From the human T2T-CHM13v2.0 reference genome, Homo sapiens: a stretch of 64,000 nt of DNA. Shown in pieces: positions 16,538 to 29,500 of this stretch; position 1 is the stretch's first letter; each line of letters opens with the position of its first letter. A model generated the notes under the pieces. It worked only from the letters and a program-made list of their open reading frames with translations. It had not been told where the DNA came from and did no database searches. The stretch spans positions 2,688,001-2,752,000 of the forward strand of contig CP068257.2 of NCBI GenBank assembly GCA_009914755.4, in the 5' to 3' direction. The translations under genes were made by a program, and so were the position numbers.

Positions 16538-17506
16538 TGTGGGGAAAAGCAAGAGAGATCAGATTGTTACTGTGTCTGTGTAGAAAGAAGTAGACATAGG
16601 AGACTCCATTTTGTTCTGTACTAAGAAAAATTATTCTGCCTTGAGATTCTGTTAATCTATGACCTTACCCCCAACCCCGTGCTCTCTGAAATATGTGCTG
16701 TGTCAAACTCAGGGTTAAATGGATTAAGTGTTGTGCAAGATGTGCTTTGTTAAACAGTTGCTTGAAGGCAGCATGCTCCTTAAGAGTCATCACTACTCCC
16801 TAATCTCAAGTACCCAGGGACACAAAAACTGCGGAAGGCCGCAGGGACCTCTGCCTAGGAAAGCCAGGTATTGTCCAAGGTATATCCCCATGGGATAGTC
16901 TGAAATATGGCCTTATGGGAAGGGAAAGACCTGACCGTCCCCCAGCCCGACACCCGTAAATGGTCTGTGCTGAGGAGGATTAGTATAAGAGGAAGGCATG
17001 CCTCTTGCAGTTGAGACAAGAGGAAGGCATCTGTCTCCTGCCCGTCCATGGGCAATGGAATGTCTCGGTATAAAACCCGATTGTACGTCCCATCTACTGA
17101 GATAGGGAAAAACCGCCTTAGGGCTGGAGGTGGGACATGCGGGCAGCAATACTGCTTTGTAAAGCATTGAGATGTTTATGTGTATGCATATCTAAAAGCA
17201 CAGCACTTGATTCTTTACCTTGTCTATGATGCAAAGACCTTTGTTCACGTGTTTGTCTGCTGACCCTATCCCCACTATTGTCTTGTGACCCTGACACATC
17301 ACCCTCTCGGAGAAACACCCACAAATGATCAATAAATACTAAGGGAACTCAGAGGCTGACGGGATCCTCCATATGCTGAACGCTGGTTCCCTGGGTCCCC
17401 TTATTTCTTTCTCTATATTTTGTCTCTGTGTCTTTTTCTTTTCCATGTCTCTCATTCCACCTAACAAGAAAAACCCACAGGTGTGGAGGGGCAACCCACC
17501 CCTTCA
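16538..17506 (+). mobile_element. HERV-K (HML-2) LTR5 solo LTR, about 969 bp, plus orientation (LTR5_Hs/LTR5A/B class)
   Basis: It begins TGTGGGGAAAAGCAAGAGAGATCAGATTGTTACTGTGTCTGTGTAGAAAGAAGTAGACATAGGAGACTCCATTTTGTT... and ends ...CACAGGTGTGGAGGGGCAACCCACCCCTTCA. The canonical LTR5 termini are TGTGGGG...CCCTACA. Internal landmarks also match my recollection of the LTR5 consensus, for example GGGTTAAATGGATTAAG, CCCAGGGACACAAAAACTGCGGAAGGCCGCAGGGACCTCTGCCTAGGAAAGCCAGGTATTGTCCAAGG, TCTCGGTATAAAACCCGATTGT and GATCAATAAATACTAAGGGAACTCAGAGGCTG. The length equals the roughly 968-bp LTR5_Hs consensus. I count about 3-4% mismatches against the remembered consensus, many at CpG sites. Satellite flanks both sides with no internal proviral sequence, so this is a solo LTR. 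Confidence 0.9.
17331..17336 (+). promoter_or_regulatory. LTR poly(A) signal AATAAA in the R region of the HERV-K LTR
   Basis: It sits in the context gatcAATAAAtactaagggaactcagaggctg, which is the conserved HML-2 LTR polyadenylation region. Confidence 0.6.
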
Positions 17507-17512
17507 GAATTC
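17507..17512 (+). repeat. Target-site duplication GAATTC (3' copy) of the HERV-K LTR insertion
   Basis: gaattc lies immediately after the LTR terminal ...ccccttca. The satellite monomer then continues in phase: gaattctatgtgagggagaaaattcagaccccagcagcagtgttctggaatcc. Confidence 0.9.
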
Positions 17513-20500
17513 TATGTGAGGGAGAAAATTCAGACCCCAGCAGCAGTGTTCTGGAATCCGACGTGAGGGACAATCACTCAGACACTCGTATCAGTGTTCT
17601 GCAATTCTGTGTGAGGACGAACATTCAGACCACAACAGGGATGTTCTGGAATCCTATGTGAGGGACAAACATTCGGACCCCAGATGTAGTGTTTTCGAAT
17701 ACTATGTGTGGGACAAACATTCAAACAACGGCGGGAGAATTATGGAATTCTATGTTTCGGACAAACATTCAGACCCTCGTAGCATTGTTCTGGAATCCTA
17801 TGTGACGGACTAACATTTAGACCCTGCAGCAGTGTTCTGGAAACCTATGTGATGGACATGCATGTAGACCCCAGCAACAGTGTTCTGGAATCCTATGTGA
17901 TTGACAAATGTTCAGACCCCCGCAGCAGTGTTCTGGAATCCTATGTGATTTGCAATCATTCAGACCCTCATAGCAGTGCTCTGGAATTCTGTGTGAGGGA
18001 CAAGCATTCAGACCCTCTTAGAAGTTTTCTGGAATCCTATGTGAGGGACAAACATTCAGACCCCTGCAGCAGTGTTCTGGCATCGATGTAAGGGACAATC
18101 ATTCAGACCCACACAGCACTGTTCTGGAATTCTGCTTCAGGGCCAACATTCAGACCACAAAAGGAGTGTTCTGGAATCACCTGTGAGGAACAAACTTTCA
18201 GAACCCCGTAGCAGTGTTCTGGAATCCTATGTGTCAGACAAACATTTAAACCCCAGCAACAGTGTTCTGGAATCTTATGTGAGGGAGAAATATTCAGACA
18301 ATCGTAGCAGTGTTCTGGAATCCTGTGTAAGGGACAAACTTTCTGATCCAAGCAGCAGTGTTCTGGAATCCTATGTGAGGGACAAACATTCAAACAACAG
18401 CGGGAGTGTTCTGGAATCCTATGTTACAGACAAACATTCAGGTTCTCGTCACAGTGTTCTAGAATTCTCTGTGAGGGAGAAACACTCAGAACCCAGCTGC
18501 AGTGTTCTGGAATCCTATGTAGCGGACATACATGTAGACCCCAGAAGCAGTGCTGTGGAATGCTGCGTGAGGAACAATCATTCAGACCCCAGCAGCAGTG
18601 TTCTGGAATATTGCTTGAGGGACAATCATTCAGACCCTCGTAGCAGTGTTCTGGAGTCCAGTGTGAGGGACAAATATTCAGATCACAACAGGAGTATTCT
18701 GGAATCCCCTATGAAGAACAAACATTCAGGCTATCGTAGCAGTGTTCTGGAATCCTATGTGACTGACAAACATTGAGACCCCAGCAGCAGTGTTCTGGAG
18801 TGCTACGTGAGGGACAAACATTCAGACACTAGTAGCAGTGTTCTGGAATCCTATGTGAGGGACAAACACTAAGAACCCAGCAGCATTTTTCTGGGTCCCT
18901 ATGTGAGGGACAAATACTCGGAACACAGCTTCAGTGTTTTGCCATTTTATGTGAGGGACAAACATTCAGACCCTCATAGAAGTGTTCTGGAATCCTATGT
19001 GAGGGACAAACTTTCCGACAATTATAACAGAGTTCTGTAATCCTACGTTAAGGACAAATATTCAGACACTCGTAACAGTGTTCTGGAATCGTATGTGAGG
19101 GACACACATTCAGACAATTGTAGCAGTGTTTTGGAATCCTATGTGAGGGACAAACATTCAGAAGCCAGCACAAGTGTTCTGGAATCTTCTGTGAGGGAAA
19201 AACATTCAATCAACAGCGGGAGTGTTCTGGAATCCTATGTTATGGACAAACATTCAGATGCTCATTGCAGTGTTCTGAAATTGTATGTGAGGGAGGAACA
19301 CTGAGAACCCAGCAGCAGTTTTCTGGAATCCTATATGATGGATGTACTTGTAGACCCCAGCAGCAGTGTTCTAGAATCCTATGTGAGGGACAAACATTCA
19401 GACCTTCGTCGAATTGTTCTGGAATCCTATAAGAGGGACAAACACTCAGAAACCAGCAGCAGCATTCAGGAACCCTATGTGAGGGACAAACATTCAGACA
19501 ACAGCAGGATTGTTCTGGACTCCTATGTGAGTAACATACACTCAGAAAACAGCAGGAGTGTTTTGGAATCCTATGTAAGGGACAAACATTCAGATCCTCA
19601 TAGCAGTGTCCTGGATTTCTGCGTGAGGGACAAACATTCAGACCCCCATAGCAGTGTTCTGGAATCCTATGTTAGAGAGAAACATTCAGACCACAGCAGG
19701 AGTGTTCTGGAATCTCCTGTGAGGAACAAACATTCAGACTGCCCTAACAGTGTTCTGAAATCTTATGTGACTGACAAACATTTAGACGCCAGCAGCAGTA
19801 TTCTGGAATGCAATGTAAGGGACAAATATTGAGACCCTAGTAGCAGTGTTCTGGTATCCTATCTGAGAGACAAACTCTCAGAACCAAGCAGCGGTGTTCT
19901 GGAAAATTATGTAAGGGATAAGGATTCAGACCAGATCTGGTATGCTCTGGAATTCTATGTGAGGAACAAACTCTCAGAATACTGCAGGAGTGTTTTGGAA
20001 TCCTATGTGAGGGACAAACATTCAGACCCTCGTAGCAGTGTTCTGGAATCCCATGTGATTGACATTCAGACCACAGCAGGAGTGTTCTGGAATCCCCTGT
20101 GAGGACCCAACATTCAGACCTCTGTAGCAGTGTTCTGGAATCCTAAGTGAGAGACAAACATTTAGACCCCAGCAGCAATGTTCTGGAATCCTATGTGAGG
20201 GACAAACATTCAGACCCTCGAAGCAGTGTTCTGGAATCCAATGTGTGGGATAAACATTCAGACAATAGTAGCAGTGTTCTGTAATCCAATGTGAGGGACA
20301 CACATTCAGGCCCTCGTCGGAATGCTTTGAATTCTATGTGAGGGACAAACACTGAGACAATCTTAGTACTATTCAGGAATCCTCTGTGAGGTACAAATTT
20401 TTAGACCACAGCAGAAGTGTTCTGCAATCCTATTTGAGGGACAAACATTCAAACAACAGAGGGAATCTTCTGGAATCCTATGTTACGGACCAACATTCAG

Positions 20501-23500
20501 ACCCTCGTTGCAGTGTTCTGGAATTCTATGTGAGGGAGAAACACGTAGAACCTATCAGCTGTGTTCTGGAATCCTGTGGGGGGGACATACATGTAGACAC
20601 CAGCAGCGGTGTTCTGGAATCCTATGTGAGGGACAAACATTCAGAACCGAGCAGCAGTGTTCTGGAACTCTGTATGAGGGACAAACATTAAGAACACGGC
20701 AGGATTTTTCTGCAATCCTATGTGAGGGAGAAACACTCTGAAAACCGTAAGTGTGTTTTGGAATCGTACATGAGGGCCAAACAATCAAACCCTCATAGCT
20801 GTGTTCCGGAATCCTATGTGAGGGGCAAACACTCAGACAATCGTAGCAGTTTTCTGGAATCCTTTGTGAGGGACAAGCATTCATTCCCTCGTAGCGGTGT
20901 TCGGGAACCCTGTATGAGGGACAAACATTCAGACCACACCGTTCTGGAATCCCCTCTGTGGGAAAAACATTCAGACCCTCGTGGCAGTGTTCTGGAATCC
21001 TATGTGACGGACAAAGATTTAGACCACAGCAGCAGTGTTCTGAAATCCTATGTGAGGGACATTCAGACCCTCTTAGCAGTTTTCTGGAATCTTATGTGAG
21101 GGACAATCATTCAGACCTCAGCAGGAGTGTTCTGGAAAACCCATGTGAGGGACAAACACTCAGACTACAGCAGGAGTGTTCTGGAATCCCCTGTGAGGGA
21201 CAAACATTCAGACTGTCGTAGGGGTGTTCTGCAATCCTATGTGACGAACAAACATATAGAATCCAGCAGCATTGTTCTGGAATCCTATGTAGGAGACAAA
21301 CATTCAGACAATAGTAGCAGTGTTCTGGAATCCTATGTGAGGGGCAAACATTCAGACCACAGCAGCAGTGTTCTGGAATCCTATGTGAGGGACAAACATT
21401 CAAACAACAGCGAGAGTGTTCTGGAATCCTAAGTTATGGAAAAACACTCAGACCCTCGTGGCAGTGTTCTGGAATTCTATGTGATGGAGAAACACTCAGA
21501 ATCCAGCAGCAGTGTTCTGGAATCCTATATGACGGAGATACACGTACACCCCAGGAGCAGTGTCCTGGAATCCTATGTGAGAGACAAACTTTCAGACCCC
21601 AGGAGCAGAGTTCTGGAATCCTACATGAGGGATAAACATTCAGACCCTCTTAGCAGTTTTCTTAATCACTATGTCAGGGACAAAGATTCAGACCTCAGCA
21701 CCATTGTTCTGGAATCCTACATGAGGCTCAAACATTCAGACCCTCGTTGCAGTCTTCTGGAATCCTGTGTAAGAGACAATCATTCAGAAAACAGCAGGAG
21801 TCTTCTGGAATTCCCTGTGAGAAATAAACACTCAGATCCTCCTAGCAGTGTTCTGGAAACCTATATGACGGACAAACATTTAGACAACTGAAGCAGTGTT
21901 ATGGAATCACATATGAGAGACAGACATTCAGAAACTTGTACCAGAGTTCTGGAATCCTTTGAGAGGGACAAACATTCAGAACCCAGCAGAAATGTTCCGG
22001 AATCCTATGTGAGGGACAAGCATTCAGACACTGGTAGCAGTGTTCTGGAATCCTATGTGAGAGACAAACACTCCGAACCCAGCAGCATTGTTCTGGAACC
22101 CTATGTGAGGGAAAAACATTCATACCACAGAAAGATTGCCTTGGAATCCTATGAGAGGGACAAACACTCAGAACACAGCAGGAGTGTGTTGGAATCCTAT
22201 GTGAAGGAAAAACATTGAGACCCTCGTAGCAGTGTTCTGGAATCCTATGTGAGGGACATTCAGATCCTCGAAGCAGTGTTCTGGAATCTAATGTGAGGGA
22301 TAAACATTCAAATAACAGCGGGAGTGTTCTGAAATCCTGTGTTACGGACAAATATTCAGACCATCGTGGCAGTGTTCTGGAATTCTATGTGAGGTAGAAA
22401 CATTCAGAACACAGCAGCAGTGTTCTGGAAACCTATGCGACGGACATACATGCAGACCCCTGCAAGGGGGTTCTGGAATCCTATGTGAGGGACAAACATT
22501 CAGAACACAGCAGCAGTGTTCTGGAAACCTATGTGACGGACATACATGCAGACCCCTGCAGGGGGGTTCTGGAATCCTATGTGAGGGACAAACATTCAGA
22601 AGCCTGCAGCAGTGTTATGGAATCTTATGTGAGGGACAATCATTCAGACTCTCGTAGCAGTGTTCTGGAATTCTGTGTGAGGGTAAAACATTCAGAACCT
22701 CATAGCAATTTTCTGAAATCCTATGTGAGGGACAAACATTCAGAACACAGCAGGAGTGTTCTCAAATCCTCTGTGAGGGAAAATCATTCCGACCCTCGTA
22801 GCAGTGTTCTGGAATCCTGTGTGAGGGACAAACATTCAGACCCCAACAACAGTGTTCTGTAATCCTATGTGTTGGACAATCATTCAGAACCCCATAGCAG
22901 TGCTCTGGAATTCTGTGTGAGGGACAAATGTTCAAGCTGTCATTGTAGTGTTCTGGAATCCCGTGTGAGGGACAAACATTCAGACACTGGTAGCAGTGTT
23001 CTGGAATCCAACGTGAGGGACAAACATTCAGACAACAGCAGGATTGTTCTGGAATCCTATGTGAGGGACAAGCATTCAGACAATCGTAGCAGTGTTCTGG
23101 AATCCCATGTGAGGGACAAACATTCAGACCTTCATAGCAGTGTTCTGGAATGGTATGTGATGGACAAACATTCAGACAATCATAGCATTGTTCTGGAATC
23201 CTATGTGAGGGACAAACATTCAGACACCAGCAGCAGTGTTCTGGAATCCTATGTGAGGGACAAACATACAAACAACACCTAGAGTGTTCTGGAATCCTAT
23301 GTTAGGGACAAACATTCAGACGCTCGAAGCAGTGTTCTGGAATTATATGTGATGGAGAAACAGTCAGAACCCAATAGCAGTGTTCTGGAATCCTATCTGA
23401 CGGACATACATGTAGACCCCAGCAGCAGTGTTTTGGAATCCTATGTGAGGGACAGTCATTCAGACCCTTGTAGCAGTGTTCTGGAATTCTGTGTCAAGCA

Positions 23501-26500
23501 CAAACTTTCAGACCCTTATAGCAGTGTTCTGAAATCCTATGTGAGGGACAGTCATTCAGGCCATAGCAGGAGTGTTCTGTAATCCCCTGTGAGGAACAAA
23601 CGTTCAGACAGTCGTAGCATTGTTCTGGAATATTATGTGAGGGACAAACATTCAGACAATTGTAGCAGTGTTCCGGAATCCTATGTGAGGGACAAACATT
23701 CAAACAACAGCGGGATTGTTCAGGAATCCTATGTTATGGACAAACATTCTGACCCTTGTAGCGGTGTTCTGGAATTCTATGTGAGGGAGAAACACTCAGA
23801 ACCCAACATCAGTGTTCTGGAATCCTATGCGACGGACATACCTGTAGACCCCAGCAGCTCTATTCTAGAATCCTATGTGAGGGACAAACATTACGACCCC
23901 AGCAACAGTGTTCTGGAATCCTATGTGAAGGAAAATCATTCAGACACTCGTACCAGTGTTCTGGAATTCTGTGTGAGGGACAAACATTCTGATTCCCGTA
24001 GCAGTGTTCTGTAGTCCTGTGTGAGGGAAAAACATTGAGACCACAGCAGGAGTGTTCCAGAATCCCCTGTGAGGAACAGACATTCAGACCCTCATAGGAG
24101 GGTTCTGGAATCCGGTGTGACGGACAAAAATCTAGACCCCAGCAGCAGTGTTCTGGAATCCTATGTGAGGGACAAACACTCAGAACCCTGCAGCAGTGTT
24201 CTGAAACCCTATGTGAGAGATTAATATTCCGACGACAGGAGGATAGTTTTGGAATCCTATGTGAGGGACAAACACTCAGAAAACAGCAGGAGTGTTCTGG
24301 AATCCTAAATGAGGGACAAACACTCAGAAAACAGCAGGAGTGTTCTGGAATCCTAAATGAGGGACAATCATTCAGATCGTCATAGCAGTGTTCTACAATT
24401 TTGTGTGAGGGACAAACATTCACACCCCAGCAGAAGTGCTGTGGAATCCTAAATGAGGGACAAACATTCAAACCCTCGTAGGAGTGCTCTGGAATAGTGT
24501 GTGACGGAGAAACTTTTAGACTCCAGCAGCAGTGTTCTGCAATCCTTTGTAAGGGAAAAACAATCAGACCCTCACAGCTGTGTTCTGGAATCCCATGTGA
24601 TGGACAAACACTCAGAACCGAGCAGCAGTGTTCTGTAACTATATGTGAGGGGCAACCATTCAGAACACAGCAGGATTGTTCTGGAATCCTACATGAGGGA
24701 CTGACACTCAGAGCACAGCAGGCGTGTTTTGGAATCCTATGTGAGGGACAAACATTCTGACACTCATAGCAGGGTTCTGGAATCCTACGTGAGTGGCAAA
24801 CATTCAGACAATCTTAGCAGTGTTCTGGAATACTATGTGAGGGACAAACATTCAGACACTCGTAACAGTGTTTTGGAATACTATGTTGCAGACAATCATT
24901 CGTATGCTCGTAGCAGTGTTCTGGAATCCTGTGTGAAGGACAAACATTCAGACCACAGCAGGATTGTTCTGGAATCCCCAGTGAGGAACAAACGTTCAGA
25001 CCTTCATAGCAGTGTTCTGGAATTCTATGTGACGGACAAACATTTAGACCCCAGCAGCGGTGTTCTGAAATCCTATGTTAGTGACAAACATTCAGACCCT
25101 TGTAGGAATGTTCTGGAATCTATGTGAGGGACTTGCTTTAAGACCACAGCAGGAGTGTTCTGGAATCTCATGTGAGGTACAAGCATTTCCACTCTCATAG
25201 CTGTGTTCTGGAATCCTATGTGATGAACAAACATTTAGACCCCAGCAGCAGTGTTCTGGAATCCTACGTGAGGGAAAAACATACAGACCATCATAGCAGT
25301 GTATTGGAATCCTGTGTGAGGGACAAACATTCAGACAATCGAAGCAGTGTTCTGGAATCCTAAGAGAGAGACAAATATTCAGAACACAGAAGGATTGTTC
25401 TGGAATCCTATGTGAGGAGCAAACACTCAGAACACAGCAGGAGTGTTGTGGAATCCTATGTGAGGGACAAACTTTGAGACCCTCGTAGTAGTGTCCTGGA
25501 ATCCTATGTGAGGGACAAACATGCAGACAATTGTAGCAGTGTTCTGGAATCCTATGTGATCGACAAACCTTCGAACAACAGTGGAAGTGTTCTGGAATCC
25601 TATGTTATGGACACACATTCAGAACCTTGTGGCAGTGTTCTGGAATTCTATTTGAGAGAGAAACATTCAGAGCCCAGCAGCAGTTTTCTGGAATCCTATG
25701 TGATGAACATACATGCAGACCACAGCAGCAGTGTTCTGGAATCTTATGTGAGGGACAAACATTCAGACAATTGTAGCAGTGTTCTGGAGTCCTCCGTGAA
25801 GGACAAACATTTGGAACCCAGCAGCAGTGTTCTGGAATCCAATGTGAGGGACAAACATATAAATCACGGGGGGGGGAGTTTTCTGGAATCCTATGTTATG
25901 GACAAACATTCAGAACCTCGTCGCAGTGTTCTGGAATTCTATGTCAGGGAGACACAGCCAGAACACAGTAGCAGGGTTTTGGAATCCTATGTGACGGACA
26001 CACATATAGACCCCAGCAGCAGTGTTCTGGGATCCTATGTGAGAGACAAACATTCAGCACCTCGTCACAGTGTTCTCGAATCCTATGTGAGGGACAATCA
26101 TTCAGATCCTCGTAGCAGTGTTCTGGAATTCTGTATGAGATACAATCATTCAGACCCTCGTAGCAGTGTTCTGGAATCCTAAGTGTGGGACAAATATTCA
26201 GACAATAGTAGTAGTGTCCTGGAAATCTATGTGAGGGACACACATTCAGACCCTCTTAGGAGTGTTCTGGAATCTTATATGAGAGACAAACATTCAGACA
26301 ATAGTAGCAGTGTTCTGGAATCCTCTGTGAGGGACAAACATTCGGAACCCAGCAGCAGTGTTCTGGAATCCAATGTTATGGACAAACATTCAGAGACTCC
26401 TCGCGGTGATCTGGAATTCTATGTGATGGAGAAACACTGAGAAACCAGCAGTATTGTTCTGGAATCTGATGTGACGGACATACATTTAGACCAGAGCAGT

Positions 26501-29500
26501 AGAGTTGTGGAATCCTATATTGGGGCAAACATTCAGTCCCCAGCAGCATTGTCCTGCAATCCTTTGTAAGGGACAAACATTCAGAACCCAGCAGCAGTGT
26601 TCTGGAATCCTATATTGGGGCAAACATTCAGTCCCCAGCAGCATTGTCCTGCAATCCTTTGTAAGGGACAAACATTCAGAACCCAGCAGCAGTGTTCTGG
26701 AATCCTATGTGAGGCACCATCATTCAGACCCTCGAAGCAGTGTTCTGGAATTTTGTGTGAGGGGCAAACATTCAGACCCTCATAGCAGTGTTCTGCAATC
26801 CTGTGTGAGGTACTATTATTCAGATGATGGCAGGAGAGTTCTGGAATCCCCTGTGAGGAACAAACATTCAGACCCTCCTAGCAGTGTTCTGTAACCCTAT
26901 TTGAGGGACAGATATTCAGACGACAGCAGGGTTGTTCTGGAACCCTATGTGGGGGACAATCACCCAGAACACATCAGTAGTGTTTTGGAATCCTATCTGA
27001 GGGACAAACATTCAGACCCTAGTAGCACTGTTCAGGAATCCTATGTGAGGGACAAACATTCAGACAATCGTAGCATTGTTCTGGAGTCTTATGTGAGGGA
27101 CAAACATTCAGACCCCAGCAGCAGTGTTCTGGAATCCTATGTGGGGTTCAAACATTCAAACAACAGCGGGATTGTTCTGGAATCCTATGTTACGGACAAA
27201 CATTCAGACCATGGTAGCAGTGTTCTGGTATTCTATGTGAGGGAAAAACACTGAGAATACAGCAGCAGTGTTCTGGAATCCGATGTGTGGGACAAACATT
27301 CAGACCCCAGCAGCAGTGTTCTTTAATCCTATTTGAGGGACAATCATTCAGACTCTCATAGCTGTGTTCTGGAGTTCTGCATAAGGGACAATCGTTCAGA
27401 CCCACGTAGCAGTGTTCCGGAATTCTGTGTGATGGAGAAACGTTAATTACTTCATAGCAGTGTTATGGAAGCCTATCTGTGGGACAAACATTCAGACCAC
27501 AGCAGGAGTGTTCTGGAACACTAAGTGTTCTCAAATCCTATGTGAGGAACAAACATTCAGACCCTCGCAGCAATGTTCTGGAATCCTATGTGACGGACAA
27601 ACATTTGGACTGCAGCAGCAATGTTCTGGAATCCTATGTGAGGGACAAACTTTCAGAAAATCGTTGCAGTGGTCTGGTATCCTAGGTGAGGGACAAACAT
27701 TCAGAACCCAGCAGCAGTGTTCTGGAATCCAATGTGAGGGACAAACATTCAAACAACAGAGGGAGTGTTTTGCAATCCTAGGTAAAGGACAAATATTTAG
27801 ACAACAGGAGCAGTGTTCTGGAATCCTGTGGGAAGGACAAACATTAGGACCCTCAGTATAGTGTTCTAGAATCTTATGTGAGAGAAAAACATTGAGACAA
27901 TCATAGCAGTGTTCTAGAATCCTTTGTGACGGACAAATATTTAGACCCCAGCAGCATTGTTCTGGAATCCTATGTGAGGGACGAACATTAAAATCACAGC
28001 GGGAATGTTCTGGAATCCTTTGTTACGGGCAAACATTCAGATACTCGTCGCAGTCTTCTTGAATTACATGTGAGGGAGAAACACTCAGAACCCACCAGCA
28101 GTGTTCTGGAATCCTTAGTGACAGACATACATGCAGACCTCAGTAGCAGTGCTCTGGGATCCTATGTGAGGGACAAACTTTCAGACGGCAGCAGCAGTGT
28201 TCTGGAATCCTGTGTGAGGGACAATCATTCAGACCCTCGTAGCTGTGTTCTGGAATTCCGTGTGATGGACAAACATTCAGACCCTCATAGCAGTGTTCTG
28301 GAAACCTATGTGAGGGACAAACATTCAGACCACAGCAGGTATGTTCTGGAATCCTCTGTGAGGAAGAAACATTCAGACCCTCGTAGCAGTGTTCTGGAAT
28401 CCTATATGACAGACAAACATTTAGACCCCAGCAGCAGTGTTCTGGAATCCTGTGTGAGGGACAAACATTCACACCCTCGGAGCAGTGTTCTGGAATCCTA
28501 TAAAGGGACAAACACTCAGAACCCAGCAGCCGTGTTCTGGAACCATATGTGAGGGACAAACACTGAGAACACAGCAGGATTGTTTTGGAATGCTATGTGA
28601 TGGAGAAACATTCAGGCACTCGTAGCAGTGTTCTGGAATCCTAAGTGAGGAACAAACATTCAGACAATCGTAGCAGTGTTCTGGAATCCTATGCTAGGGA
28701 AAAACATTCAGACCCCAGTAGCAGTGTTCTGGAATCCTATGTGAGGGAAAAACATTCAAACAACAGCGGGAGTGTTCTGAAATAGTATGTTACTGACAAA
28801 CATTCAGACCCTTGTCACAGTGCTCTGGAATTCAAAGTGAGGGGGAAACACACAGAACCCAGCAGCTGTGTTCTGGAATCCTGTGTGACGGACATACACA
28901 TAGACCCCAGCAGCGGTGTTCCGGAATCCTATGTGACGGACAAACATTCAGACTCCAGCAGCAGTGTTCTGGAATCCTCTGTGAGGGACCATCATTCAGA
29001 CTCTCGTAGTAGTGTTCTGGAATTCTGCGTGAGGGGCAAACATTCAGACCATCGTGGCAGTGTACTGGAATCCTGTGTGAGGGATAGTCATTCGAACACA
29101 GCAGGAGTATTCTGGAATCCCCTGTATGGAAAAAACATTCAGACCCTAGCAGCAGTGTTCTGGAATCCTATGTGAGGGACAAACATTTAGACCCCAGCAA
29201 AAGTGTTCTGGAATCCTGTGTGAGGGACAAACATTCAGACTTTCGTAGCAGAGTTCTGGAATCCTATCTGAGGGGCAAACACTCAGAAACCAGCACCAGT
29301 GTTCTGGAACCCGATGTGAGGGACAAACATTCAGACCACAGCAGGATTGCTTTGGGATCCCATGTGTGGGAAAAACAGAAAACAGCGGGAGAGTATTGGA
29401 ATCCTATGTGAGGGACAAAACATTCAGACCCTCTTTGCAGTGCTGTGGAATCCTATGTGAGGGACAAACTTTCAGAAAATCACAGCAGTGGTCTGGAATC

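Noticed and set aside
16855-17573. Minus-strand ORFs of 66-84 aa inside the HERV-K LTR.
   Set aside because: LTRs are non-coding. These are short chance ORFs with no homology signal.
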